Source: Ramazzottius varieornatus (taxonomy: Eukaryota > Animalia > Tardigrada). From it: a DNA stretch of 64,000 nt. Below are positions 25,718 through 37,334 of the stretch, in pieces. The DNA is taken from the NCBI GenBank assembly GCA_001949185.1, contig BDGG01000006.1:354827-418826 (forward strand), read 5' to 3'. A program made the position numbers and the translations under genes. The notes below the pieces were generated by a model. The model was not told the origin of the DNA and did not search any database. It saw only the letters and a list, made by a program, of their open reading frames with translations. Every line of letters begins with the position of its first letter. Positions within the stretch are counted from its first letter, which is position 1.

Positions 25718-26653
25718 ATCCTCTGTGGATAATCCTAAACGAAGGTGCGGAGATCTACCAGACACTCAACAGCGACCCGGGTCTAGCTGTCGGCTACGAC
25801 GCCTTCACCGGCGTAGACTTTGGCGGGACCTTCTTCGTCAACACCAATATTGACGACGACTATGCCGGCTTTGTGTTTTCCTTCCAAGACAGCTCGCATT
25901 TCTATACCGTCATGTGGAAAAAGGCCGCCCAGAAGTACTGGTCAACCACGCCCTTTGAGGCCTCGGCGGAACCGGGAATACAGCTGAAGCTCGTGGCTTC
26001 AAAGACTGGACCGGGAGAAGTAATGAGGAATGCGTTATGGCATACCGGAAACACGACGGATGAGGTGTACTTGCTTTGAAAAGACCCACGAAATGTCGGA
26101 TGGAAGGAAAAGACTGCGTACCGGTGGGAACTGGTTCATCGTCATCGGTTGGGTTTCATCAGGTACGTACGGACGATGGGAAAACACAACATCAGTGAAT
26201 AAGCGCAGAAAACGTCTGGGGCCGTGTAAAGTGATCCTCACGTGATTCAATAGGCAGCTACGTTGCAAGATATAATACTGTTATGCGTTCGGATGGTTAA
26301 CACGGAATTATGCCAGCCATAATCCATCATTGAAAATTTTCCAGGGTACGCTTTTTCGAAGGGACTGAGGTCGTGGCTGATTCTGGGAATGCTTTCGACT
26401 CAACGCTGTTGGGAGGACGGCTAGGAGTCTTTTGCTTTTCCCAGGAGTCCGCTATCTGGTTGGATTTGGTCTACCGCTGTAACGGTACGTACCAGTACCA
26501 TGAGGAATTTGGTTGCCGCTGGCTTCGATCCCTAATCAACTGTACTCGCGGGACGGTAATGCAACCTTGTACGTTGCAGATGACCAGCCGACATTCATCG
26601 GCTTTAGCCTTCCTGCTAAACCAAGTAACTCTGGTTCAAACGTACAAACATGA
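25718..26653 (+). pseudogene. Duplicated thrombospondin C-terminal exons (partial, premature TGA)
   Basis: Copies the last three exons of Tsp with splice sites retained. The Trp codon TGG has become TGA at 26077-26079. No upstream type-3 repeat exons are present. Confidence 0.88.
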
Positions 26654-26925
26654 AAGTGCGTGCATTCTGATAAGTTTGTAAGGAAAACACTTCTACGCCT
26701 TGTGTCCCTCGTGAACTGGTTGACTTGAGGTATCGGGGAATTGTGATATCAAGTTCGGAACTGCTTATTATTTAACCTGACGGGTCCATCGAGACGGTGC
26801 TTCCACCCGAGAAACTTCTGTTAGAGTATAAGGAAAAATGTTTCAACCACATGATAATTTATAAGCATGGATGTCCGATGTGTGTAAAGAGAACAACGAT
26901 GATGCAATTTTCATTGGAAAAAAAC

Positions 26926-27792
26926 TCATCTTCCTCCTACAAGTGTACCAGGGTCAGTGGGAAAGCAAGCCACGGTACATGTTAATGGAGTATCTAGTCC
27001 GGACTCCAAATATGTGCAATTCGTACTCGGAGATCCGTATGCACATACGCACCGCGCAGCATGGCTTCCGACGATGGGAACGCATGTCGAGGCTGTCGGA
27101 AGGGGTGCGGGAGGACAGAAAGAAGCACAAGTTTGCGGACCTGTCGTAGTTCCGCCTCCCGTATAAGTGCATCCAAGAGGTGGTGGACCTAGAGCTAGAC
27201 AGTTGTCAATAATTTGCTGCGGCGATCTGGTCGTGGTCGTGCTTGCTGTGGTCGTGCTAGGAGTCACTCCTATGATCGCCGATCTTGTAGTAGAGCCTAT
27301 GACAGCAGAGGCGGCTGTAGTGGTAGTGATTACCGACGCCACTGTAGTAGTAGTCGTAGGGGTAAACACGAAGAACGAATCACCCACGAATGAATCGGCA
27401 ATATTGTTGTCGATGACGTTGAACTGGTCGTTCATGAGATAATCAGGCACTATTGAATTGAGCTGGCCGAGTTGGACTGGCTGGATTTGGGAGGGTATTT
27501 CAATGCCCGGGCACTGTAATTGACAGTTTTGAATTACGTTGTTGGTATCCCTCACGACTGGCACGTAGAAGCATCCGGCAGGGGATGCCAGATCACTGTT
27601 CAAAGCTTGACAGCGCGCTTGCTCGATCGGGCTGGCATTCACGGGAACCAGTCCGTTGAACTGGAAGAACTGCGGAGGAACCAGCTGGTTGCCAAAGGCA
27701 GAAATGGCCTGACGCTTCCGTCGCGATAACCTGCTGATATCTCGGGCCAAAACAATAGAGACAACGAATATCAGAAGCAATACTTGGTTCAT
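26926..27792 (-). CDS. Unrecognised secreted protein, copy 2 (paralog of 23440-24282), about 288 aa
   Basis: MNQVLLLIFVVSIVLARDISRLSRRKRQA..., with the same Cys motifs and the conserved block 'GQLNSIVPDYL.N.QFNVIDN.I.D.FVGDSFF.FTP'. Upstream DNA is also homologous to copy 1. Confidence 0.88.
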   Translation of the reverse strand: MNQVLLLIFVVSIVLARDISRLSRRKRQAISAFGNQLVPPQFFQFNGLVPVNASPIEQARCQALNSDLASPAGCFYVPVVRDTNNVIQNCQLQCPGIEIPSQIQPVQLGQLNSIVPDYLMNDQFNVIDNNIADSFVGDSFFVFTPTTTTTVASVITTTTAASAVIGSTTRSAIIGVTPSTTTASTTTTRSPQQIIDNCLALGPPPLGCTYTGGGTTTGPQTCASFCPPAPLPTASTCVPIVGSHAARCVCAYGSPSTNCTYLESGLDTPLTCTVACFPTDPGTLVGGR

Positions 27793-28912
27793 GATGCAAA
27801 GCCGGCTTTCACTGATGTCGAATATCAGACAACCAGCATGTAGAATCGCTTCACGGAAAAACACGAGAATCTTGACTAATTTCAGTTTTTATATTGCCGA
27901 CGTAGTCAGTAAACTTCAACCCTGTTTCGAACTTCTAATATAAGTTCTATCTTTGTTGTTGTTAGTTCTTCTCCACAATAGTTCGAACGGCGGTTTACAA
28001 CATACAGTATCTCGATGCATTTTGGGTGCAACGGTCTGAATTAAAATATTGTTGACAATAAACTAAATTGGAATCGTTTGATGTTGCTCTGGCAAGGTGT
28101 TGATCAAACTAATATTCTTTTGTTGTTCACGGCCCTTGGTTTACGGCACTGTCTACGGCACTCATTTTGTGGTGCGCCGACACATCCGTCGTAAACGTCA
28201 ATCGGAATGATACCAAAGTTGTTGCGCAAGAGAACCGAAACGTAATGGGTCACTGCGGAGTGTAGCCGAGGCCGCAAGATCGGGAGGGTTGGATTTGAGG
28301 AGAAGAGGCAGGGAGAAAAGGCATGGCCATCGGATCCGTCCGACGAGTCAGCAGCGATTACGAGTGTCCGCTGGCTGAATTTCGCGGTGCGGAAACGCAT
28401 TGTTTTTTTACGAAAACGATTTAGGTATCAAAAGGGGATTCCTTTTCGTTTGTTTCTTCCCTTCCTGTCGAGTGATTTTCGAGCCTTCGCACCCTGGAGT
28501 AAGACTCAGCTGTGTTTCGCACCTAAAGTTCCTGCACTAGGAAAAGCACGAAGAACGGAAACGGGTAGACAAAGCGGTATGTAGTGTTCGTGGTGTAGGA
28601 CGCGAGGTTCATCCCGTATATGGGTAGCGAGAAACCAATGTTCGGTGCGCGCGTCATGCACTTAGAACATTCTCTCATGCTGTTATCCAGTATCTACCTA
28701 GTCTCCGCCCGTGGTTCATGTGCATGAAGAGCTTCGCCTTTGAGGCTAGTCTACGATCGCTCTGTTATGGCTCAAGCCAACGCTCCCGATATCACAGCCA
28801 CGGCATCGGTCAACCGGCCATTTGCCGAACAACTTCGATGGTACCGGCATCTCGAAGTCCATCATGTCGTTCCTGCACGTTCATAACAAAAGACTCAATG
28901 TTCTGACAGTTA

Positions 28913-30076
28913 CCAGGTGCGGAAGTATGATTTGTTACTCCTGGAAACAAGTCAACTTCAAAACTTCATTGTTACACTCCCCCTTGTCCGTTTGTCCTGT
29001 GCCTTTTTTCAAGTCACTGTGTCAACTCCTAGCTATTGTCTGGCATTCTATTAACCCAAGTTTTTCAGCTTCGGGGTAGGGCAAGAATGGTTTTGTCAGA
29101 ATCATGGATAACCAAAATTTTAGGCGATTCAACTATTTGAATTTTCTTAAGGCGTCAGCGTATCCCAGGCAGGCGCTAAGATATGCTTCGTTTCTCGTAA
29201 TGAAGCAGCTAACGGCTGAACCGTAAGAGGTTGGGTACGTCTTCTCCGCTCTGGAGATTCCTAGGTTGGAAGTCACCCCTTGGGAAGTCCGCAACTGAAG
29301 ATGTACAACAGCGTCCAGAGGGAGTATGTCGAATTTGTTCCTTCCCGAACTGTTGCAAAACCTTTAAGAGAATTTAAAGTGTCTACCTAAAATCCTCACT
29401 GGACATTTAGACATGGCTCGGAGGGGAAAAGATCAAGAAGTTTGATACCCCGCTTACTTCGCGCACCGCAGGAGATGAACCGCAGGAAATTTCGCATAGT
29501 GCGCGGCACCATAGGAAAATTATGGTTACCTACTGATTGCTATTTCACAGTCTAGACCTTCCTTCTAGACCTTCAGTCTAAATCCTCCCGCCCGGCATAA
29601 CGATAGCTGCAGACTAAACCTCTCTGGAGCGGGGAAGAATGATAAAAACACTTGCCGTTGACTAAACGAAATCTTTCGGTCAACTCAAAGCACCACTGTT
29701 GCAAGTCAGCTCTAGAGTGCACGTTGAACAAAACGCTTCCGCAAAACTGCAGGAGGTGGAACTGGAAACTCTCCTTCGTACACCAGAGAGAGGGGTTCTG
29801 ATACCGAAGGATTATCACTATGTCGCAGAATTTCAGCACCTCCAGCGAGAAAGAATAATTTCTTCCGCAGCGGCTACCAAAAATGGCTACCGAGACTTTA
29901 TCGTTTCTCTTCTCCTATTCTCTTACAGTACAGGCACGAACACGATGCCGAAAAAATGACTGAAGTACCTTGCTAGTATGAGTGGATGACCTGATCAAAA
30001 ATTCCGAGGTTCGGAACCAGGAGAAGTTTTTGAAAATCTTCGTCGGGGGAGTAACAAGTCATACTTCCGCACCTGA
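28913..30076. mobile_element. Non-autonomous mariner-like DNA transposon (1164 bp), copy 1
   Basis: TA|CCAGGTGCGGAAGTATGATTTGTTACTCC...GGAGTAACAAGTCATACTTCCGCACCTGA|TA: TIR of about 29 bp with a TA TSD. No transposase ORF. A near-identical inverted copy is at 59126-60346. Confidence 0.93.
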
Positions 30077-32574
30077 TAGTGCATTGCATCGAGCTTTGAT
30101 TGTCGCCAAATCCATGTGTGCTACAGCCTATAGCCTACGCGTACGATGAGAAAGTATGGGACACTGAAAATTATGCGACAGGCGGAAAGGATGGTACAAT
30201 GGTTATCCGATTGTGGAAAAGCGTCGGAAAGCGCATTGAAGTGAATCAGCCGTGTAAGTACGTGCTTCTGTACGACCGTGGCGAAAAGGGCTGTTTCATG
30301 ATTTTTCGTCGTACGTACACAGATGATGATGTCTAATGCAAAGGTTCATCGAGCGGCGATCCGAACCTTTAATCGTAGAAGCGTCGTCAGCCGGCGGTGC
30401 AGTGGGTGCGCGAAATAGAAAAACAACCACGAATTCTTGAACGTCCTCCATTGTCCCCCATCGTCCGCCTTACGTCTGTTCAGGTTGCGAATTTGCAATA
30501 ATACTTGAACGCAAAGTTTACCGAAGCACCTAACAGCGTTCCTCCCTTAGGTACGCGCTAGGTTTCGCAAACACTGCAGTGAAAAAACATGCGCCACTTG
30601 ATCCGGGCAACCGGAGTGGTTTAGTCGCAAGCCCTACTGGTTGAGCTCAGCGAAGCGACAAAACCTATATTTGCCGCTATTCGCTGTGGCGAAAATTCTT
30701 TCGCCACGGCCGGGATCGGAGAAGATACCACTGCACCTTCGGTCGCCTGATTGATCATAAATGCTTCGCCGCGGCACCAGGCGGGCAGTAGGAACGCAAC
30801 GCAGTAAAACGTGTACCCCATAAGGATTTGCCTCTTCTGCTCGGTCTTTCCAAAAGTTAGAACGACCAGCTCGTTTTTATTGTCATAAAGATCGGCCTCA
30901 GTATTGTGCTCGATGCAATGGTACTTTTCTTCGCGATCAAGTTAAAGTTCCGATTATAACGCCCGGAGGCCAGTCAAACGGCTTGTCTGCAGCGTTAACC
31001 CTAAGCATTCATGAGGTTGAAGTTCGAGGACTTTCTATTGTGTCGGTGTCATGGTCACCGATCAGCACCTGAATGGACAGTATAGTGTTAACAAGCGGAG
31101 TCGTTGGACACATACGAGCTCAGTGGCGAAGAAAAACGCTATTCGAGGAGGATTCAAAACTTGTGCTTTTTTGTCTAACTTTACTTGCACGTGTACTTTG
31201 CATCCATTGACATAGACCGACTGTACAACTGGAACATTTTCCGATACAGTGCAGACGGTGCGACTATACTGTATGCAGATCAACACTGATTCGACGAACT
31301 AGGCGGTTGCGCTGCCCGTGGATACAACAAGAACCCAGTGTTGTTTCAATATACTTTTTTGATTTTAATTGCAATAACGATTAATCGGAAAGCCTCGTGC
31401 CGCAGCAATTTCAATTATGTGGCGTTCAATCCAGCTGAATCAGGAGCCACAATTAATCGGAATTCAGCTCGCGACAGCAATCGAAATTATTTCAGTTGTG
31501 GTAGTTCATTTTAATATTCCTACGACTGGTATTCTAACGCACCGTAAGCCTGTCGTTTCATGCGCGTAGAATGCCCGTCAGATGTTTAGCACAAAGCATG
31601 GCACTGCCAAGGCACTGTGTACGGATGTGCCGACGTCAACCCGATTGTTATGCTTCTAAAAGTCTCGCGCGTATGCCATCATACCCGCGAAACATCCCTT
31701 AGAGAGTAAGTAGAGGAAGATATTGGGACCGGGGTTCAACTTCGCTTGTACGTTGAAGCACCGCTCGTAGTTCAGGAAGCTACGCAGTAAGCATCATGCC
31801 GTTCGCCATCGTGCGACATGCACATACGCACACACATTCGCCCGATCAAGCGCCAGACACGCGTAGAAACTCAGACACTCGATGCAACCAGGTGCATTTT
31901 ACCGCGCTGTTTTGCGCAAATTTTGATAATCTGAATTGCTACATTCTGTATTTCGATTACGAATCATAATTTTGTTCTGTTTTCCGAATTTCACTACCAT
32001 TCTAATTTATATTCAAATGGTTTAATTCATATTCAAAAAACGCCAGAACTTGCCTGCGTGGTCGCGGAAACCTATGAATTTCGCGCCATGTTCTGGCCAA
32101 AATCCGTAAATTTCCTAAATTTCTAAACTGCTGACACAATCTAGTGGATCTAACATTGAGGAGCATGATACGGGGGTCATTTGGCTGTCTGACTAGTTCT
32201 CAGGTAGTTACGTCACTAAAATCTGAAGGGGTTTGAAATTTTGACTGAAAATGTGTGACGTCGCAGTGACGTCATACAGCGTAAGAATAGGCTTGCGTCT
32301 GTTCGCACGCAGAACCCCGGGTGGGAGCTATCTCTGCTGGTAATCAACCTCAGAATTCTCGGGAACATCTTCCTAAAGAGCGAACAGTTTTGCTGGATTA
32401 CTATTCGTGTCGAAGCGTGACGGCTCTATCACGCGCTGCCCTTGAGTATTCCGAATAATCTGTTGTCAATAAAGATTACTTTGGCAGCAAAGATATTATT
32501 ATTCCAATTTTCCAAAAGGGCGAACAAAGTTTTGAGACTTTGAGCCTCGGCGAGGTATGGCAAAGCTACCACCC

Positions 32575-34039
32575 GATCAGATTTACAGATTGTTATGACA
32601 GAAGGACTGGAGCTGGGCTTGGAACTCAATACTTCCAAGTGCGAACTGTTCCTCTGTTGGCGGTTCGCACCAGGATCGGGTGGCCATCAGGCAGAAGGTG
32701 AACGTTGTTTGCCCCGGCATTCTACTCCCTTCCAGGAGTGAGCTGAGCCTGCTGGGAGCCCCCTTGATGGAAGAGGGCTTGGAAGAAGCTGTCCGAGCGA
32801 AGACAGGTCCGATGAAAGTTGTCAGCAAAATACTCTGCCTCATGCACGACCATTACTGTAAGCTCTCTTTCTTCTTAAGAATTGCCTCTGCCTGCCTAAA
32901 CTCCTGTACATTCTGCGGTGCTCCGCGGTGTGGAAATTCCCAGAAGTGCTGAAGGAGTTCGACGAGGTGGTACGCTCGAGTCTAGCGGAAATCACCAACA
33001 TCCAGATGTCTGCTGAGCCATGGCGTCAAGCAACGTTTCCAGTCGGTTTAGGTGGACTGGGCATCCGTCGTACGGAAGAGGTCGCACTCCCAGCCTTTTT
33101 GGCTTCGATCCACTCCGTTCAAAAACTGGTGCTCAGCATCCTCCCTGGTGCCGCTTCGGACAGCGAAACTGATCTCGCTTTGACCAGGTGGACCTTCCTG
33201 AGTTGCGTCATCAGCAGCGAGCCTGGGACCTTCCTCTTCTAAAGATTAGCCATGACGCAATGGTAAGTGCTGCTTCACTCAACACTAAAGCCCGTCTTTT
33301 TGCTGTTTCAGACAAAAACTCGGGCTCATGGTTCCACGCACTTCCGGCTTCTTCACTCGGAAACCTTCTGGACGACAACACGCTACGAGTAAGCATAGGT
33401 TTGCGTCTAGGCGCAAAACTATGCAGACCTCACGTGTGTCGGTGCGGAAAGATGGTGGACGAGCTCGGACAGCACGGCTTGAGCTGCAAATACAGCGCCG
33501 GATGCCACAGTCGTCACAATGCACTGAACGAGTCCCTTCGCCGAGCGTTAGCCACCGCTCAGGTGCCTGCGATCCTGGAACCACCGGGAAGTTTTCGTGC
33601 GGACAAGCGACGGCCTGACGGAATGTCACAAGTCCCATGGAAGAATGGAAAGGAGCTAGTGTGGGACGTGAAAGTTGTCGACGCGTTGGCTCAGATGAAC
33701 GTTGTCGATTCGTCGAAGAGAGCAGGATCGGCTGCGGAAGAAGCTGAAAAGAGGAAGAAGGCAAAGTATGTTGACATCGGTCAGCAGTTCTCCTTTTATC
33801 CAGTCGGACTGGAGACCTTTGGACCGTGGGGACCTTCAGCAACGGAACTTTTTGAGACAGTTGGTAGAAAGATGCTTGAGATAACTGGCGAGGCTCGTTC
33901 TTTACAATTTTTTAAGCAGCGCGTGTCTATTGACATTCAGGGTGGTAATTGTTTTTCTGTTATTTCAACTGTTAAAGATCAGAAAGGTCTTGAGGTGTTT
34001 TTGGTTTTGGATGTTAAAAAAGGAAAATCTATACCGTAA
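32575..34039 (+). mobile_element. 5'-truncated, frameshifted non-LTR retrotransposon with restriction-like endonuclease (CRE-like clade)
   Basis: RT C-terminal motifs 'GLELNTSKCE' and 'QATFPVGLGGLGIR', Zn knuckle 'C.CG....GQHGLSC', 'RHNALNE', and the RLE motif 'RPDG...LVWDV...AEKRKKAKY...LETFGPWG'. Split over several frames. Confidence 0.88.
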
Positions 34040-34097
34040 GCTTTTGACGTGTTTTTCCTTGTTTAGATTTGTCTTTCTTCCTTTTGGAAACTGAATA

Positions 34098-34676
34098 TTA
34101 TCTTGAATAAAGTGTGGAATTAAGTTCCACATCATTATTCACTATATTATTCAGGACCTCGGACGGTCGGCCAGCATTTGCAGCAATGTATTCGACAGCG
34201 GTGCGTTTCAGAGCTTCAGCAGAAACCCTGTCAGACAGGAACAGCAACTTCGACACGTTATTAGTCACAATATCTTTGATCAGCACATCCTCACAAGCTT
34301 CCTTCATTTCCAACAGTTCGTACTTGTCGGCGGCTATCAAGACATCCTTCGCGTTCTCCTTCGACAGACCTTCCAGTGAGCCATAGTACGCGTAACGCAG
34401 CAATTTCTCGAGGGTAGCAGATGTGATGTCCTTGAGAACGCAGCGACCAGTCATGCATTCCTCCAGATTCGACAGATACGTCCGGTGGAAGACGGGAGAA
34501 GCCACGCTGAGAATGAGCTTGTGAACCGGACGCTTCTCGCCTTCCGAAGAAACCAGGATGAAGTCCCGACCGACGTCCGAATCGTACAGTCGCCGCACGA
34601 AGTTGTCCCGCGAAGCATCCGCCACGACAGTAGACTTCTTCTCTTCAGCTGCAGGTGCAGAGTGGCCATTACCCAT
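34098..34676 (-). CDS. Intronless SPOP-like BTB/POZ protein, 192 aa
   Basis: 'DFILVSSEGEKRPVHKLILSVASPVFHR', 'LEKLLRYAYYG' and 'VLIAADKYELLEMKEACEDVL'. The N-terminus is MGNGHS. Confidence 0.88.
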   Translation of the reverse strand: MGNGHSAPAAEEKKSTVVADASRDNFVRRLYDSDVGRDFILVSSEGEKRPVHKLILSVASPVFHRTYLSNLEECMTGRCVLKDITSATLEKLLRYAYYGSLEGLSKENAKDVLIAADKYELLEMKEACEDVLIKDIVTNNVSKLLFLSDRVSAEALKRTAVEYIAANAGRPSEVLNNIVNNDVELNSTLYSR

Positions 34677-35945
34677 CCTACGATAGCTTTGACAGAATGC
34701 GGCTACGCTTTCTCAAATGAATCAAGTGGGGAGGATAATCTGGAAGCAAAAAAGCAGAAAATTAGACATTTGAAAATTCCTCTTACCGCGTTCGGATTAC
34801 AAAACATACAGTATTGTTCTATTCACCGTGATCGAAGGTCGACTTCATTATCAGCTCACCTGCGTTACGTCTTCAGTTTCGATATCGGGAATGGATAGCG
34901 GGGCTGTTGCGAGACTACTCTATAACTAGTGAAAACAAGCAAAAGGAAAATGGAACGTCTTCAAAATAAAACAACCATCTAGGATCCGGTTGAGCTGCAT
35001 GCAGATCACAGCTCATGACTGATGTGGGCCTCTGCACTTGAGTGCGCCACTTGGGCACCTGGTGCGCTATCCCGTCACGCCGCTTTTTTACAGCAAGAAT
35101 TGAGTCCGCGCGTTGCCCGCTGGAGGAAAACACTGCGTGTATAATCAAAGGGGGGAGAGTTTTTCTCTTGCTTTCCGAATATATTCTTCAGCCAGGCAGC
35201 TACTGGCTTAACTGATTTCGAGGAAAATCATATCAGTCCACAGAACCGAGTTATTTCTTCATGCCGGCAGTCAGAAGTTATCTGGTTGCGACTTCTGGTT
35301 TTTCAAAAACAAGAATTCGATTTTTCCGGGTTTAGAAACGATCGACCTCTCAAATGGCCCATTAGTTAGTGAAGTGGTTGGAGTTAGATTTTTCCTGTCT
35401 CAAAGACTTCTTGAAAACTTCTATCAGAATGTTCAACAGATGCACCAGGGTGTGTTGTCTCTTCACTCGAAGCGGCTTCGCGATTGAACTCCCTCAGCTC
35501 TCACAAGTTAAGTTTTAGTGCTTAGACTCCTGTCCAAGTTTCCACCCGCATAACTTTGGTGTAATCAAGCTTCCAAAGGGATTTGGGCGCTTAAAAAAAT
35601 TGTTTTCCCGAAAGTGGCGGGTTTTTCGCAAAACAGCCATTTTCGCTAAACTGATTTGCAGCTCGACGAACACCAACGATTTGAATGTCATGAGCTTATC
35701 CTAAAAGTGAGTGATGGTGCATCAAACGGCGACAAGTCTGGGATGAATTACAGTACTTGGCTCTAACGGGAGAAAAAACTTCTGGAAGTTGCCGTTCGAA
35801 AAGAGGGGACAAGTTATACTCCCGCAACCGGTCCACCAAACATAATCGGAAAATCGTCTTCGAACATAATCGGAAAATCGTAACCCTAAACGACATCAAG
35901 AGGAAACAACAACGGAAAATATCGTCGTGGTAAACACAGGTTTCT

Positions 35946-37034
35946 CTACCATTTTCGGCCAGACTTGACGACAGCACTAAACAGTTCTCTAACGAGCTCT
36001 GTGCGTCCACTCTTGACGGCTTTGTCCGTCATCTTATCAACCGCTTCTGCCGCATCTCCCTTTCCGGCCTCTTTTTCCACCAGGTCCAACACGACTTTCT
36101 TCAAGTCGTTTGCGGAAGTCATGTCGGCTAACAGCAGGACATCAGCGGCGTTCTCCAAGTTGAGCGTATCCTCTAAAGCCTCTTCCCAAGCCTTCTTCAG
36201 ATCCAGCAGGTCGTACTTGTCCGCCGCTAGCAGGATGTCTCTGGCATTCTTGGCTCAGTTATCCACCGAGCAGTTACACATGAAGTTCAGAAGGATGTCG
36301 AGAGAGGCGGTGGAGATGTTAGGAATGGTGCAGCGACCGCTTCGGCACTCTCCCATGTTCGATGCGAACATTCGCTCGAAGACTGGCGAGGCTGCGTTCA
36401 GGACAACTTTGTGGACGTTACGCTCGGTTCGTCTGCAGAGACGAGAGTAAAGTCTCGACCAAAGTCCGAGCGCCTGTCGCGGGGCAACTCTTCTGATATA
36501 GCTTCTTGGCAGAGGAGCTTGAACTCCGCACAGACTTTTGGTACATCACCCGAGAGAGGTTCCTCCGCATCCTCGCCCCAGATATCATCGTGGTAGAGAT
36601 ACCGGAGGAGCGAAACATCCGTGTAGTTCACGATGTGAGTTTGCGGGTCTTCCGCGGAGGTTGGAATACTGAAAAGAACAGTTCAAAGTTTCGAAGTATG
36701 ATCGGGATGTGTAACACCGTGACCGTACATTACGAGTGCTATACCTGATTTTGATCCTGGCAGCTGGCTCAGAAGTGTCCTTCGGACATTTCTCCACTTC
36801 ATGCGTGGCGAATATCTGGACAGTTAGTGGATGTCCCTTCCGTATCTTTTTGGGTATCACCCACACGTAGCAGGTAGAGGCGCGAAGCTTGGCATCGGAT
36901 GAGAAGATGGGTTTGGTGCGGTCCTGCAGTCCGGAGAAGTTTTGAATGGTGAAGGTGATGGTAAACGAACTCGAGTCCTTGAAAGCCACCTCGGTGTCCG
37001 TTTCTGGCACTCTGGAAGCTTTTGCCTTCGGCAT
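35946..37034 (-). pseudogene. MATH-like/BTB (SPOP/roadkill-like) pseudogene
   Basis: MATH-like 'FTITFTIQNFS'. The BTB segment 'DFTLVSAD' frameshifts near 36430 into 'RNVHKVVLNAASPVFERMF'. An in-frame TGA at about 36255-36257 precedes 'ILLAADKYDLLDLKKA'. Confidence 0.82.
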
Positions 37035-37334
37035 CGCGGACTGGGAGATTCCCGCTAACAAAGGAAACAACTAGAAAGCAGCGGAGGTTGTTGTCAAGTT
37101 GTGAGTACTCGGGAACGGGAAAATGCATGAACGACGTCCGACAAATACGTTTCGGGTCCAGAAATCCCGTCGTGCTGTGTGTGGGCTGTCGGTCGGCAGC
37201 AGAGCTTGCCGACCACGAAACCTGCAGCATTGTTTGGTACGCCGTATGCCTCACGGGCAAGCCCGCCCCAGTCTATGACTCTGCGCTGCCCGAACCCCAA
37301 GGGTTTTTAAACTTTTTAAAAATTAAAAGGAAAT

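Noticed and set aside
29699-29959. 86-aa ORF repeated at 59243-59503
   Set aside because: Its conservation only reflects the two young transposon copies. It has a non-ATG start and no protein features.
28600-30340. Possible host gene interrupted by the mariner-like copy 1
   Set aside because: Joining the flanks gives no convincing frame. ORF 30100-30336 is unrecognised.
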